In this document: positions 48,111-62,700 of the stretch, piece by piece | Position numbering within the stretch: the first letter of the stretch is position 1 | Layout of the letters: each line of letters begins with the position of its first letter | Source: Podarcis melisellensis | Lineage: Eukaryota | NCBI GenBank assembly: GCA_964234715.1 | Contig: OZ174276.1 | Reading direction: 5' to 3' (one strand) | Length of the DNA stretch: 64,000 nt | Notes under the pieces: model-generated | What the model saw: only the letters and a program-made list of their open reading frames with translations | What the model was told of the DNA's origin: nothing | The model's database searches: none | Made by a program: the position numbers and the translations under genes

Positions 48111-48177
48111 GGGGTCAAATTAAGCCTAAATGAGGCTCTAAATGTTTCTGGGGTCAAATTAAGCCTAAATGAGGCTC
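48111..48177. repeat. 28-bp direct duplication (period 39)
   Basis: GGGGTCAAATTAAGCCTAAATGAGGCTC at 48111 and 48150. Confidence 0.9.
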
Positions 48178-49174
48178 CATTTTAAAGTTGCTTAGCCCCT
48201 CCCACACACAAATGCTAAGAGGCACTGAAGTCCAAGTATTCCAAATCCTCCTTAATTGGAACCCAGGTTTCTCACACAATCTACATACAATGTGAGTGGG
48301 TAGAAGATAGATCAGAATCTACCAGTGGATCATAGATTTAAAATGACTCCCAATTTTTGCTCTTAAAGAACAAAACAACTGTTCCCACATAAATTAGGCT
48401 GCTAAAATGAAGAAAGCTAAGCAGGGCTTTTGTGTGAAAGGATTGTGAAGTCAGTTCAGCTCTGGTACTGAAAATCAATTCCTAGACTCAAAATATGCTC
48501 ACAGGCTGTCTGTTTTCTACTTCTAATTCTATGTCTTTTGCACCTGGCTCTGGCTGGTAGATCCTGGGGTTCTTGTAAAAATAACAAGGATAAAATCCAC
48601 CCACTACTGATCAACAAGGCCATGCATATACAGGTAAGGAACTCCAGGGAGTGGTACAAGCCGTGTGTGGGAATGCAGAAGGCTGGGTCCTTAAACTGGT
48701 TTAATGTAAAGCAGTAACAAGCAGAGACCTGCCCAAAAATTACGTCTCTGGAGTCAGACATAGACCTCCAGTGTAGCAGCACTATGCAGACTACTGAGCC
48801 TTTCCAAGGCCAAAGAAGCACTGAAGTCTTTTTGGCCATTTAGTAGGCTCAAAATCATGCCAACAAAAACTTTACAAGCCAAAGCTGCAGTGAGCACCAA
48901 AAGGAGAAGATGTGAAAGCCTCCTTGAAAGCGCAGTGTGTGTTCCACGAGTAACAAACACGCCTATGAGCTGCTGGCCACAAAAGCGATTCCTATGGTGC
49001 CATTGGCCTCTTCAGGTGTTTATTAGTGTCAGTTTTTCACAGAGCTATATGGTCAAGAAGAGTCACTGCCTACAGGCTTCACTAAAATCTGATTTGGTAT
49101 TTTCAATGAGATGTGCCCTGAAAAAGTCAGAACTAACTTTCCTAAGCTGAACCAGAGAAGCTGAAATAGGCATA

Positions 49175-49411
49175 CAGTGGAACCTCGGAAGACGTACCGT
49201 CCTCCTTACGAACGTTTCGGGTAACGACCTCCACTAACCCGGAAGTAGATGCCCCGGTAGCGAACTTTGCCCCAGGATGCGGAAGTTGTGCACCGGCGGT
49301 GCAGTGGCAGAGGGAGGCCCCATTAGCGAAAGTGCGCCTCAAGTTAAGAAGGGTTTCGGGTTAAGAACGGACCTCCGGAACGAATTAAGTTCGTAACCGG
49401 AGGTACCACTG
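49175..49411 (+). mobile_element. Tc1/mariner-type MITE, CpG-rich variant
   Basis: TA|CAGTGGAACCTCGG...CCGGAGGTACCACTG|TA; divergent 5' part. Confidence 0.88.
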
Positions 49412-51884
49412 TATACAGTATAAGGGTGGTGCAACTGTTGCAAGTACACAATTGTATAGTGTAAAAAACAATCCCCACACAACACCACTGCCATGGCTAG
49501 AACAATTCAGGAACCTTTTTTAAAAAGCTTTGGAGATCATGAAAGGATAAACACCCAGCCAGATATTTATATGAGAAAAAATGTTTCTTAAAAATGCAAA
49601 GCTTCCTGCTCTTCTCAGCGGCCCCGTCACCCAAGAAGATACCCTTCCGCCCTGGAATGAAAGTGACTGGGCCAAAAGCTGTATTAAGGGAGTAGCAGTT
49701 GGGGGGGAGCAGATATTGCTACACAAAAATAATCACCTCTGCCCAGTCTTAGGTTAAAGGGCAACATTCTACACCACTCCCTCTCGTCCACACACCCACT
49801 TTATACATTTTCCTCCTTGTCAATCATATTTCTGTACATGCATACAACTAAAGATAGGCAAATACAAGAGTTAGTAAACAGCATTATCTACATCCCATGA
49901 CCCTGGAAATTTCCACTAACACTAGGATCACCAACGTCACTTTTGTTATTTCTCCTAATTTCTAAAAACGTTCCGAGGCTCAGACTTCTATGATCAGAGC
50001 AAAGGCTCTGCGTTTAGCTATTATATACTTGCAATTGCAAGGCTGGAACTGTAAGCATTTTTAAAAATAGCTATGCCTTCAAAAGAATGTCTGAATTACC
50101 TCTTTATTCTGCTTACTAATACAGGAGCTGCACAAAACATATCACTACAGAACAGGAAAAAACACTCAGTGGTTAAAACAGAGAAAAGCAAGGCCCACGA
50201 ACATGAGATCTGATTACGGTTTTTTAGCATTTGCTGACTTCTGAGGAAGCATAGAGAAGCTAACCAAAGCAAATGAGCCAATATCTGAACTATAATGTAA
50301 AAAAAGAGGGAGAGGGATAGGCCTGGTTGCATGTGATACTTAATTTGTGAAGTTCCTTAATTGCAACATAGCTTGCTTGAGAATTCTATGACGACTTTGG
50401 GGACACAGCAACAACCATTCAAGGGAAGTTAAAGGAACAATGAACAAAAGGACTTTTGGCTTCCATCTATCAACCAAGTGAAGCCAAGTCTATTCTTACA
50501 TGTAAGGAACTACATTCTTAAGGTCACAGCAGACACTGCATAAACTGGCACGTTTCAAGAAAGGCGATATGTGATCTGGATAGCAAGAGAGAGGCAGGTG
50601 ATTTGTCTGAAGAGATTTGCCAGCAATGACAGATCACATGCAAGTGTGACCAGTCAATCCTGTGAACAAGGAGAGGGAATACAGAGCAGATTGCAGGTCT
50701 ATCAAAACTATCACTAGATGATGAGAGTAGAAAGCAAAGAAAATGTGTGAGTTGGGAGTTTGTGTGTACCCCTAAAAAGGCTGGTTCTAGCAGACATTGT
50801 GGCATGACAAGAAGTGCCTTTCTGCCCATTCTGTGGTGATCTGAGCATGGCTACCTGTTTGTTCATCAGTGGCCTGAGAGAAGTGCAGCAGATTCACGTC
50901 TACTAGGGATTAAGCTCCACTGACGACCCTAATGAACAAGTGGCAACAGCCTTAATCCAAACAAATAAGGGAACCCAAGGCAATCATTTTTAATTCAGTA
51001 CTGCAAATATATGGCAGTTTACTATTTCTCTGTCTCAGTTTGCACTGTGGAATAAGGGAACACCTATGACTATTAACTTGCACTGCAGGAGAAGTGCACA
51101 GACAACAACTGCTAAAGGGACTGTTCTCGACTGGTGTACTACCACCTCTCACCTCAACAATGGTCTGAGCAGAGAGCTTAACTTAAAAGCTCTAAATTTA
51201 TAGCGCAGAAATATAATGTTGATACTTCCCGCTCTTCAAACTTTTTTTAGGAAGCATAATTTTGGGATGTACCCCTTATTCAACACTGAAGATCAAGGCT
51301 TTCAGACGTCCAGAATCTACATTTTATGCTGCTGCTGATTTCAGCATAATTATCCTACCTTAGAGAGGCTTTCCGAAAATCACAGCAACATTAACAACAC
51401 TCCCTCGTTAAAGTAGCATGTGCTTCACAGGTCATGGGCACGACAGACTGCAGTCAGAATTTGAAAATCGCCAGGCATATTTTGCACCTGGCTATCAGCC
51501 ACGTGCGACCAAGTGAAGAAGCCCTGGCACCAGGATGGCAACTGATGTCGCCACCATCTGAGGTATATGCCTGGGGATCCTTGGATCTTGACTGTTCTCA
51601 CAATTTCCCCAGCCACTCTGGGCAGCTTACAGCATATATAATTTTTTTAAAACATCAGACATTAAAAATTTCCTGATACAGGGCTGTCTTCAGATGTCAA
51701 CAATGAATTCTATCCACTGTATTTTATCTGCACAACCAGAATGAATTTCAGGAAATAAAAGCTGTATTGAAAAATACAACTTTCAAGTTGTCTGGCCCCA
51801 AAATGGCAACTAGGTTTTCTGTTTTGGTTACTGTAACCCTGTTTTAAGGAGCCATTTGGTGCCTAGCTTATATATCTGAGGTTC

Positions 51885-52230
51885 TGTATACCTGAAGGAG
51901 TGTCTCCTCCCCCATCATTCTGCCGGACACTCAGGCCCAGCGCCGAGGGCCTTCTGGTGATTCCCTCACTGCGAGAAGTGAGGTTACAGAGTACCAGGCA
52001 GAGGGCCTTCTTGGTAGTGGCGCCTGCCCTGTGGAGCGCCCTCCCAGCAGATGTCAAGGAAATAAACAAGGCAGCCCTGTTTAGGGAAGTTTTTAATGTT
52101 TAATGCTGTATTGTGTTTTTAACATTCGCTTGGGAGCCGCCCAACGTGGCTGGGGAAACCCAGCCAGATGGGCAGGGTATAAAAATTAATAATAATAATA
52201 ATAGTAATAATAATAAACTATTATTATTAT
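51885..52230 (+). mobile_element. L2-type LINE 3' end with (TAA)n tail
   Basis: Translates RAFLVVAPALWSALPADVK (L2 ORF2 C-terminal motif), then 3'UTR and an AAT microsatellite tail. Confidence 0.75.
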
Positions 52231-54374
52231 AATAACACTGACTGAAGTACTTGTTCTGCATGCTAACCGTTGCACTCTGTGTTAATCATAGTAATGACCC
52301 ACTGCTTTTTATCATCTTCAACCATGGTGACCATATCATAATGAAGGGCTAGGGCAGTGCTGCTGCCCCTTCCTGGACACTCCCACCAAAAAAGGACAGA
52401 TTCTTCATTTACACTCCCCAGTTATTGATTTCTGAAGATCTTGACCAAAGGCTTATTCTTCACACCTCTTCATCCTTATGCAAATCATTCCAAAGCAACT
52501 CCCAAGTCGGAGTTTTCACATACTGCATCTCTGAATTTTACTAGTTTAGTGTCAACATATTCATATATATGGTTCAAGGAGATATATATATATGGAAACA
52601 AATGTACTGAGGAAAAGCTAAGCCAGAGAAAAGGTTTCTGAACTTGCTTCTAATGAAGACCTGCCGGCTATCCAACATTCATTCTTAACTATATTTGGTA
52701 TTAGGAAGCTGCTTCCATCGCATCAGGAACTGCTTCCATTCTGCAACTCCTGCAACTTGGGCCCCAAACACACTGCCTCCACTGACATGTTCCATACCTA
52801 GCACACACATCCCCAACACAGCAAAATCCCTACATTAAAACAAGAGTCATCTGCTCTGTCAGTTTTTAAAGCTCTGACTCATCTGCTTCCCTCTTTCTCT
52901 TTAAGGCTAAAGCAAGCAAGCAAGTAAAGACCTAAGAAGGAAACCTAACTTTCTAGAGTCTCAGGTAAGCAGATTTTACCAGAGTTCTTTGCTGTATTCT
53001 AAAGGGAGACATTTTGCTGCCTAGAATCAGTGCTCTCTTCCAGGGGAGAAAGGGAGCTGCAACACTGCTAGACAGAGTTCAGCTGCTGCAACGCAGCTGC
53101 TACTTGTAGAAAAGGCTACGGATTTCCTCTCATGCCTCCAAAACCAGCAGATTCTACTACTAATCTACTTCCCTACATTCTCAGGCATAGTCTCATTAAC
53201 TGTTTCCTCGGCCAGTCACAATATGCAAGAGGATCTCCAATCTGCAATAATCAACATCTTTAGCTTACATGGAAGTCAAATGTCCCACTTCAGCTTAGCC
53301 ATTGCAGAAAACTGAAGGATTCTTAACACCTAAGCTCACACGATTTTTCCTGGAGCAAGGGTTTACACAATGTTGGGAGAGTCAGACAGGTTTTCAACGA
53401 TCATGTCTTGGGAAATTATGAAGCTCTTACAGATATTCCTGTAGTTTTGTGCTACAAACTCCCTGCCCTGTCTGGAACTCGCAACTGTTCATTCTAGTGA
53501 TCTGCAACATCAACACAATTAGCAAGCTGGCTCACTTACAACCATATCAGTGAAGAGGCCCTTTCAAAATGCTCAGAAAACTTTAAGAGTGACTTTTGAC
53601 CAAGAGCAGGATTCCAGCATTTATGGGGTGAAAGGAAACAAACCCAAGAGATATAAAGCAAGCTAGTAAATGCAACACTTCAAAATCCCATTCCTGAAAG
53701 TAAATGGGCGATAGATGTAGATCAGATTCACCCTAACAAGTCTGTACTGAATGTGCAATATCTTCCAGTCCTAAGGCCTGGTCCTTATGGGTTCTTGCTG
53801 CCGACATGCGTCAGTGAACCAAGAAAACTAATTTTTAAGAAATTAGGAGTTAAGCAGAACAGACACTAATTAAATATAAAGGTAATAGGACTGCAAAATA
53901 GGGTTTTCCTCCCTCTGAATGTGTGTAGATAGATATAACTATCCTTCAAAAGCCAATGTCCCCAGGGAAATAGACCCCTGTGCCCAAATTCCCATGTTGC
54001 AATAAAGGTGCCAGAGGACTATCTTCTTTTCTGTTATGAACTACTATTCTGAAAGATGCAGTCTGGTTAACCGTTCAACTAGCATTTAAAAGGAGGGAAA
54101 GCACTTTTAAGATATTACAGGTTATAACTGAAGACTAGGGATGGATTGAAAAACGCCTGACTTTACTGGAGAAACCTTCGTGCCCCAGCATGCTATAAGC
54201 GTTAAGGTGGAGTGCAGCATGTTGGGATTTGTAGTGTACACTAGCCAGCAATGCATACTTAAAACAAGCTACTGCAGATCCGCCTCTGAAAAGTTTTCAG
54301 TGCAACCACCCCTCTGACTGGACTTGATAAAATTTACTAGGCTATAGATATATTACATTATCTTTTTAATTCTA

Positions 54375-54480
54375 CGTGGGAAACCTATGGCCCTCCAGCT
54401 GTTTTAGGGGCTACAGGTCTCATAATTCCTGACCATTAGCCATTCTGGCTCATGTCCAACATGTGGAAGGTTCCCCATTC
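54375..54480. mobile_element. Degenerate copy of the palindromic hAT MITE family
   Basis: GGGAAACCTATGGCCCTCCAGCTGTTTT...CCTGACCATT remnant. Confidence 0.5.
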
Positions 54481-55169
54481 TTGATATAGGACAGATGTTC
54501 TAGCCTCAAGTTCTCTCCAGTTTCACAGATTTCCCCCCACATAAAGAGATGTACAGTCAGATCACCAATAGCAAGTCACTGAAGAGTGACTTATCTTCAG
54601 AATTTGTTAGCAAGCCACTGAAAGAATACACCACAAAAATACTATTCATAGTCCGTATTTAATTAGAGTAAGGGGCGGTTTTGTGGTAAACAAATTCCAA
54701 ACAGTATTTTACTTTCACTTTAGTAGTATTGGACACACATAGCATGAGACACTGAGCTCACCCAAAGTAAGGTCTGACACCACAAAATCGCAAAAGGAGG
54801 AAAATACTATCCCCATTTCACAGAAATAAGACTTTTCCAGAAAGGTGAAGCTAACAAAGCTGGGAAGTGACCCAAATTTACTTAAAGATCAACAGAAAAA
54901 CCTACCTAAAAAAACAACAACAGAAGTTTTCAGCGCACGAGAAATTCTAGTTTTTAAAACTACTGACTATCAACTGATGTAGTTCAACTAGTACAAATCT
55001 GTGCACAAAAGATTATTTCTATTTTATCAAACCTATTTCAGTCATAGGTTAAGTCAATTAAGAACAGATTGAAGCTAATCCGAAATAAGCTATTAACACC
55101 AAAGTAAGTGTCCAGTCAAGGTTGGCATCACTTAAAACCAGTACAAGTAATATGATGAATTTTAGGTTT

Positions 55170-55255
55170 CAATTCCAACCCAACTTACCTGGGTGGGAAT
55201 AAGCTCCTTGAACTCAATAGGATTTACTTCTGAGTAGATATAGTTAGAATTGTGC
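55170..55255. mobile_element. Small degenerate palindromic element
   Basis: CAATTC..ACTTAC...TAAG..CC.TTGAACTCAAT.GGA.TTAC...GAATTG imperfect hairpin typical of short non-autonomous DNA elements. Confidence 0.4.
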
Positions 55256-55672
55256 TGTAAGGATTAAGTACACTATCAAGAAATGAGGCCCATCACTGCT
55301 GCCCCATCTCCAACTGTCCTCTTAACAATCATAATTGCCGCTGAAACACATTTGATGTGAAAATATCAGGAAGGTATATGGCAACTCCCATGACGACACA
55401 GTTTATAGACTTTCAACATGCATTCAAGCAGACTTGGGAACACAACTCAAGTTTATCTCCAGATGCAAGCCTGACCTAGGCTGTAACACACAACAACAGA
55501 CAGGTCACAGGGCACCCTAGGAGTCCCAAAAAATATATTTTTAAAAATGGAAGATACATTCAAACTACTGGAGGCTTCTCACAACTCTCCACTTCACTCC
55601 ATGAAAATGTTTCAAAACTATCTATGTACTTTAGCCCATAAGCAATCAGGGGGGGCAGCATTTATTCTACAG

Positions 55673-55808
55673 CAGGCATAGGCAAACTCGGCTCTCCAGA
55701 TGTTTTGGGACTACAACTCCCATCATCCCTAGCTAACAGGACCAGTGGTCAGGGATGATGGGAATTGTAGTCCCAAAACATCTGGAGGGCTGAGTTTGCC
55801 TATGCCTG
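55673..55808. mobile_element. Palindromic hAT-type MITE
   Basis: TIRs CAGGCATAGGCAAACTC / GAGTTTGCCTATGCCTG; perfect 8-bp TSD TTCTACAG. Confidence 0.9.
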
Positions 55809-58800
55809 TTCTACAGCAATATACATTGCAGTTCAACCCCAGTAACCTTCAGGAAGCCACAACCTCTCTCTACTTTATATCCCAAACAACGTGAGATTCA
55901 TGAACTATGCCATAGGGTTGAAGGGCTATGTAAAACAAAGCAATGATGATAGGGATCATTCAAGTACATCAGGCATCTAGATTCTAGGGGAAGAGCAGAA
56001 GTAACACAGATGTGACAATTTGTGACAAGGAACAAAGTGAAACTAACTGAAATGTGATACCACTCATTCACTTGCGTCTCAAAAACAATAATTTAATACC
56101 TGGTGCAGGTACGTATATTCTCTTGACTCCGCCCCCTCTCCACACTTGATTTATACATAGTAAAGGAAGTTATACACAGGTCTATAGCACTAGTATTACT
56201 AGTACTAATCAGCAACAGTACTAATAGTATTAGTAAATTAGTCCTGGACTATAGTTTGCAGGAGGTATAAACAAGAATAAAACTGACAATGGAGGTTTAA
56301 AGCTGTAGTTTCCTTCTCACCCCTCTAAAAACGACCAACTTTCCGGACAATCTTATAGCCTGCCATAGGTCTACAGCATAGGACACAAATCTAGATAACA
56401 TATGACTTTCCAAATGTTATCAGATTAGGTAATCTAGAAATGAATTTTGTTTCCCAGTAATGCTGTGAAATTTCAGAAACGTTCTTGTGACCTCCATCTC
56501 AGGAGTGGTCTACATGGCTAGAGGCACTCTTCATGCCACACTTTCTGTGTTATATGGCTCGAAACATCCATTTTCTAGCCCAGGTTTAGCTGACAATTTT
56601 GTCATGGCATAGGATGCAACAGAATCTAACTGACACACCTTGAGGTCTATGGGCCCTGAAGGACTAACAAGAGTAAACTTGTCTGCATCAAACAACAACA
56701 GCAACTACAGCTTTAAACATGAGGTGTTGCTTTTAGTCACACTTGCATAATTTCCTAAAGTTGCATTCAACTAGCAACTTGTCAGTGCTTCGTTTCACTC
56801 TTTCGATCCAGAGTGAGAAAGGCATTAAGATTTTTAAAACATTTCAGAATAAGAAATGCTTCCGCAGCTTTCACATGGCTTCCCATGCTCTTCAGCAAAT
56901 TTCATATCTATAGTATGAATGCACAAAAGCCTCCACTATATAATACATGCCAAAAGAAACTCTTTTAGTGGTAAACAAGTTAATCTGAGCATTATAAACT
57001 GATTGAGCATGCTATAAAAGCACTGACTAAGATTCCTAGCAACGTACTCAAGTCCTATTCCCTAAGCAGAGTCCAGTAGGACAAAAGTAACTGTTGAATA
57101 CTGTCAGCGTGGAAAAGGGAAGGAATCCTCCATGGTTAGAATAGTGTCAAACTTCCACCCCTGTTTTTTGTTTAGCCAGAAGGTAAAAAAAGAAAGAGAT
57201 GTGGTTTTCAATCCATCTGTATGTACAGAAGTACACTTTTCTCAGTTCTTCCAGATAAAAAGGATCAGGCCTAGTGAAATGCCATTAAAGTTTTCCCCAA
57301 ATTTTCCTCTTTACTCACTAACTGTTTGCAATCCATATGCTAGAAGCAACTGCCAGAGACTGCCATTCCTTTGGGATACTGAAATACCTCAGAAACAGAG
57401 AAATCCCTACTCTACTGTGATTCTAATGAACAAGCAGTAAAGCAGAAGGAGATGTAGATTGATTGATAGCTATATAGATGAAAAATATTCTTCTTTGAAA
57501 ATGCACTACCACCACATAAGTCCTATTTTGTTCTCTGAAAGAGATTTGTTAAACCAGCTGTTAGAATAACTGAAAAGCCTGATATTTGCTAATTAAAGTA
57601 TTCAAGACTGGGTTCTTAATGTTAAAAGATTCAAGCACAACATTTAGGCTACCCATTATCATTTATCTGGGATAAGACATCAGTGCAGCAAGAACCCTGA
57701 TAATCCAGGCCCACAAAGAAGAGTGAAGAACATAGCAAGACTGTAAAAACTTACATTGCCTAACTTTCTATTTTTAAAAGTCACACAAATTAGATGTACA
57801 GGAAGTGAGACTATAAGCGACTGTTTTTGTCTTCAGCAGGAATGCCCCCAAAATAAATGAATTCCAGAACTTCTGCTCAAGGAATCCATTCAAGCGCCTC
57901 TTCTACACTAGTGTAGTCCCATTGTCCATCAGAGAAAACTGCTCCATAATTGCCCCTAATATGAGTAAAATCTGCCAGGGCAATGACTAACTTTTCAATT
58001 TCTCAAACCCGATGTATTTATTTTCAATTGTCAATACTTGAAAGCCAGTTCCTTATCTGTTAGCCATTATTCAACCTGAGTAGCCAACCTTTATCAATTT
58101 CTTTCAGTTCCTCCACCTTACAGGATAAGCTTTTTGCTAACACCATTCCAATTAAAGCCATTTGTTCAATACCGGTTTCTATTGCCCTTATGTTTTCTAC
58201 AAGTCAACATCCCCACAAAACTGCATTGTTGTAGTGTTTTTGCAGTCTGGCTTAAGGGACCAAAGTGTGTGCTACCTAACGTACAAAGGGCACCAAGCAT
58301 CTTAATGTAGGCAACCACACCAGTGTGACTTACAAACTGAAATTCCATTTGATAAAAGGTGCACAAAAGTGCAATTCCATGGATCTTGACTGTTTTCACA
58401 CACTAATACCACATCCTGTAGAATTCTATCAGTTATATTTTGACTGCACAATCATAATGAATTTCAGGAACCAAAATGCTTTTTTTCACCTACCCCACCC
58501 CCACCCTGCTCACAGTTGTGAAGACTACAGTATTCTTACATCATGAATGGTCCATGTCACCATTAAGAAAAAGTAGAAATAGGTCAATATATATGTGGGC
58601 TGTTCCTGGATAAAGTTCTCAAAGTTCTTAACCTAGCTTAAGGTTGTAATCTGTACAAGCCAGATATTTAACTAATAATCAATCACGGTCAGTCCATCAT
58701 TTGCAAAACAAGACTTTAGAGCCATCTTATCCCAAAATAGCAACTAGACATTCCGTTTTGGCGACTGCAACATTGGTTTAATGAGCCATTTGCCCCCTTG

Positions 58801-59651
58801 CTTATAAATCTGAGTTTCTAACAACAATTCTGATGTGACAAAATAATGTTCTGAATGAGAAGAGGGCCCAACGAAAGGGGCCTCAAACACAAGTAGGTTG
58901 AAAAGCCCAGTGGATACTCAGAAGCCACATGCTCCCTTAATATACGAGAGGGAAGGGAGCACAAAGTTGACTGGTAACAGGGTATCCCAGCCTTGAAAAC
59001 AGCTTAATATTTTCTGTGGAATACAGAAGAGGAGCTCCAGGCCATGTTGAAGACCAATGAGGGATCTCACTGCAATTAATTCTGTTTGTGTCCTGAATGG
59101 AACATGCAGCCATTAGCTCCATTTCAGTGGCATTCAGAAACGAATTTCAAGTGAATACTAAAGATCTTAGGGCACTGCTCACTGACAAGCTCAAGGGTCT
59201 ACTGCAGTTGCTTTGGAGCAGGGAACAGGTGGCACACATTTTTGCCTTTATCTGCTGTTCTTTGTATTGCTTTACTTCTGTTTTTACAACCAGTTAGGAA
59301 GCTATCATCAAACTGCTTACTCTGAAGTATTATTTCCAAATGAGCTCAACAGAATCACTCTAAAAGCCACTTCAAGGTTCACAGTGGTCTTCAGTATCAT
59401 AGCTAAAATTAATAGAAAAGCACTGTAAAGTTTTTTTAAAAAAAATTGTAGCATCTGAGTCAAGCATTTTCTAGCAAAAACGTTCATTTTCCTAGAACCA
59501 GCTAATACCCTTGACACTCAAGGCACAGAAACATCAAGAATTTTATCAGGATTCCTCCAACTGTGTGAGGGGAGAAAACCAGCATGTATGGTTATTAGGG
59601 CTCCTAACATTTTGGGTCTCAGGAATATGAGTTATTTTTTCAGTTTTACAA

Positions 59652-59750
59652 ATTCTCATATTGAAAATGATCCTGAACAGTATGGTATATTTGAAATTAG
59701 AAATATTTCAAATATACCATACTGTTCAGGATCATTTTCAATATGAGAAT
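59652..59750. repeat. Perfect 46-bp inverted repeat with 7-nt spacer
   Basis: 59652-59697 is the exact reverse complement of 59705-59750. Confidence 0.95.
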
Positions 59751-62700
59751 CATTTGTACTCAGTCACTGTAGGATAACACTGCCTAGCACAGCAATACAA
59801 ATATCTTTCTTCATAACAGAAATCTGCCAAAATGAGTTGCAGCCTAGACTTATGTGTTAAAGCAGCTCTGCAGGTTTTAAAAAACACTTTTTTAATATGA
59901 AAGACCCTGCAGCTTGTTTTTGCATTAATGTCATATTATGAAACCAGGATGCAATTTTAAAGTGTCATCGTTTTCAGTATAAACCATCACAAATGCCACC
60001 CTTTAATGTAGGCAAATCATGCCAGATTCTTCTGGTGTTTAAAAAACATTTTCAAGGGTGTTGAACATCTATTCCAGGGGTTCTCAAAACCACAATCTTA
60101 ACAGCCTCCACCAAAACCAGCCAAATCAGAGATTTAGCAAGCATAATCACTTAAGTCCTAGACAAATGGATCAAATCATGGTTGAGGGGCGCACATGATG
60201 TGTAAACATATAATAGCACTTGCAAGGAAAGCTCCCCTCCTCCTCCATATTGTCAGTTATGGATATTAGGCAACTGCCCATGTCTTACCAACCAGAGGAG
60301 GGCACCTCAACACTTTGCTCCCTGACAGATCCAGCACACAAGACAATGTCAAGGAGGAGCTCTGTCTTCCTCTTACAACTGCCAGTGTCTCTTTATAAAG
60401 ACTGCATCACAGTGTTTAACCATGGGATTAGACTATGGTGACTGTAAGACTTCAAGAAGCAAGAATATTAAAGCACCACAATACTTGAGCAGGAGCAGAT
60501 ATTTATAAGCACCAGAAATAGACCACTGTTGTATTAGATGGGGAACAGTGTACTTGTTGTAAACCTGCCTCAAGCAGTTCCATGTATGCTTTGCCCAGGA
60601 AGGGGCCATTCTTTCAAATGGGCTCTGCTGCCACTTGCAAAATGTGTCATATTTTGACTGCACTCTCTGAATGGAAAATCCTCTCAGCGCTAGGAGGCTA
60701 GTGTCTGCTGTACACACCCATTGCACAAAGCAGAAATTCCTGTCAATAAGGCAAATGGGGCCCAGGCAATGTAAGGGGAGGAAAGAGACCTACAAACAAT
60801 AAGCAAAGCATCTGGCTCTCTGATTTACTGGAAGGGAAGCTAAAGTCAGACAAACTGTAACCACAGTGCTGCACCTCCCACTTCAGAAAGATCAGATCAA
60901 TTCTTGCAATTGCAAAGGCTGTAAAGGAGACAGACATCCCTGGATATCCAGGCCAAATCCTAAAAGCAGTCCCAAAGACTGTGACAGCGATGGGTGAAAA
61001 CTCAATTTGCATCATCCTAGTTGAAAGCTTGCATGCCCCAGAAAGAAGAGTCCCCTCTCAGTGCATGAACCAGCCATCTCCTAAGTGCAGCACTAATGGA
61101 GGTTGTGCTGCTGTCCTTCCCTGGAGACAGCAGCCAACACTACTGAAGCTTCTCACGTAGCAACCAGAGCTCCAGAGCCAACATTAGCTGCTTGTCAACG
61201 CTCTGAACGTTCACCCACAGGATCCAAAGCAACAACCTCGGTCACCTCTGTGCTGCAAGACATAGCTAGCAAAACCGACTTCCTGGGCCAGCTGGAGGGG
61301 GGGAGGGGGCAGACTGCCTGATGTCACCTTCATAGGTGAAAAGGGAGAGTCCTGAACGCCATTAAGGAAGTAGTCCGTCTTTGTCTAGTCTGTAACCCAT
61401 ATCCTCAAGTGTCGGCAGCTCATTTGGAAAACATTTTTGCCATCAGGCCTATGTCTTCGCTGCCAAAAATCATGGGTTTTGAGGCCATGGCCCCATCCCC
61501 CTACAATACAAAACCAATTCATTGTGCTGCCCACAGCCTCTGCCTGAGTGAGCCTTAAATACTCCAATTACATAATGGGCCAGGGAGAGAAACTGCAGGA
61601 GGCCACACTGCAAGGGCCATTATCTCCTTAAAGTAACACCAACCTCAGCAAAAGGAATCCCAGTAGCATATTTTGTTCCCTTCTGCAAAAATCTCCCTGA
61701 GCATAGGGGGCTGCTGCCTGAAGTACAGGAGACCCCCACTGGTTAACTGCAGAGACCAAAACCTCTCTCAGCTAGGTAGTTCACAAGGAAGAAGCTCCTG
61801 ACATTCTCTAACCTCACCAACCACTTCCCAGATTACTAAACAAACTGTAAAAAGGAATTTTGTCTCAGTTCAAGGCAGCTGTTTCAAGTAGCCACTGGCA
61901 CCCCAAGGACAAGCTGCTAAAGACAAGAGTGGGGGGAGACTGTGACGACCTTGCCCACAGCACTATTACTGTGTTTACAAGGGGCTGTGTTACCAATTAA
62001 GACGCAGAGATCAATGCAAGAAAACCGAAAAAAGTACCCTGATAGAGCACAAACGTCAGACAATGAAAAAGTTGGGGGAGGGGGTCCATACTGCAGCCTC
62101 CAGCAGCAGGCAAGGGAAAAGGAGAAGAGGATTATTAAAGTGCACCACCATCGCCACACAAGCACCATGAGAAAGCAGAAAATGCAGGTCAAACACCTCC
62201 TCCCCCGTTGCCTGAAGGAGCGAGCAAGTCAGAAGCAGACAGCCGAGGAAAGGGAGGGGGCGGGAAGGGAAGGAGCAGCAGCAGCAGCAGCTCAGGGGAA
62301 GCTGCTTCAGCACACGGAGGAGGAGGGGTGGAAGCAGAGGGGAGGCAATGGTGAACTCACAGAGGAGCACAGACGGGCGGTCGCACACACACACACACAC
62401 ACACACATATATACACACACACCCTTTCCTGGCAAACAGCTGCTTTGAAGTGGAAGCCATCGTCCCAGAAAGGGATTTTCCCACATTCTCACAGTAGGCT
62501 TTCCACAGAAGATTGGCCCGGCTCCTTCCCCACCTCCAGCACGACCCTGCTCCACACGCGCACACATACACACTGCACCGAGAGGATCCTGCCTGGGAAC
62601 CCGAAACAGGAATGAATTCAGAGGTTCCTTCAAACCACCACCCCTCCCCCACCACCCATTCTCTCTCCCTCTCACAACACACACACACACAGGCCACTCT

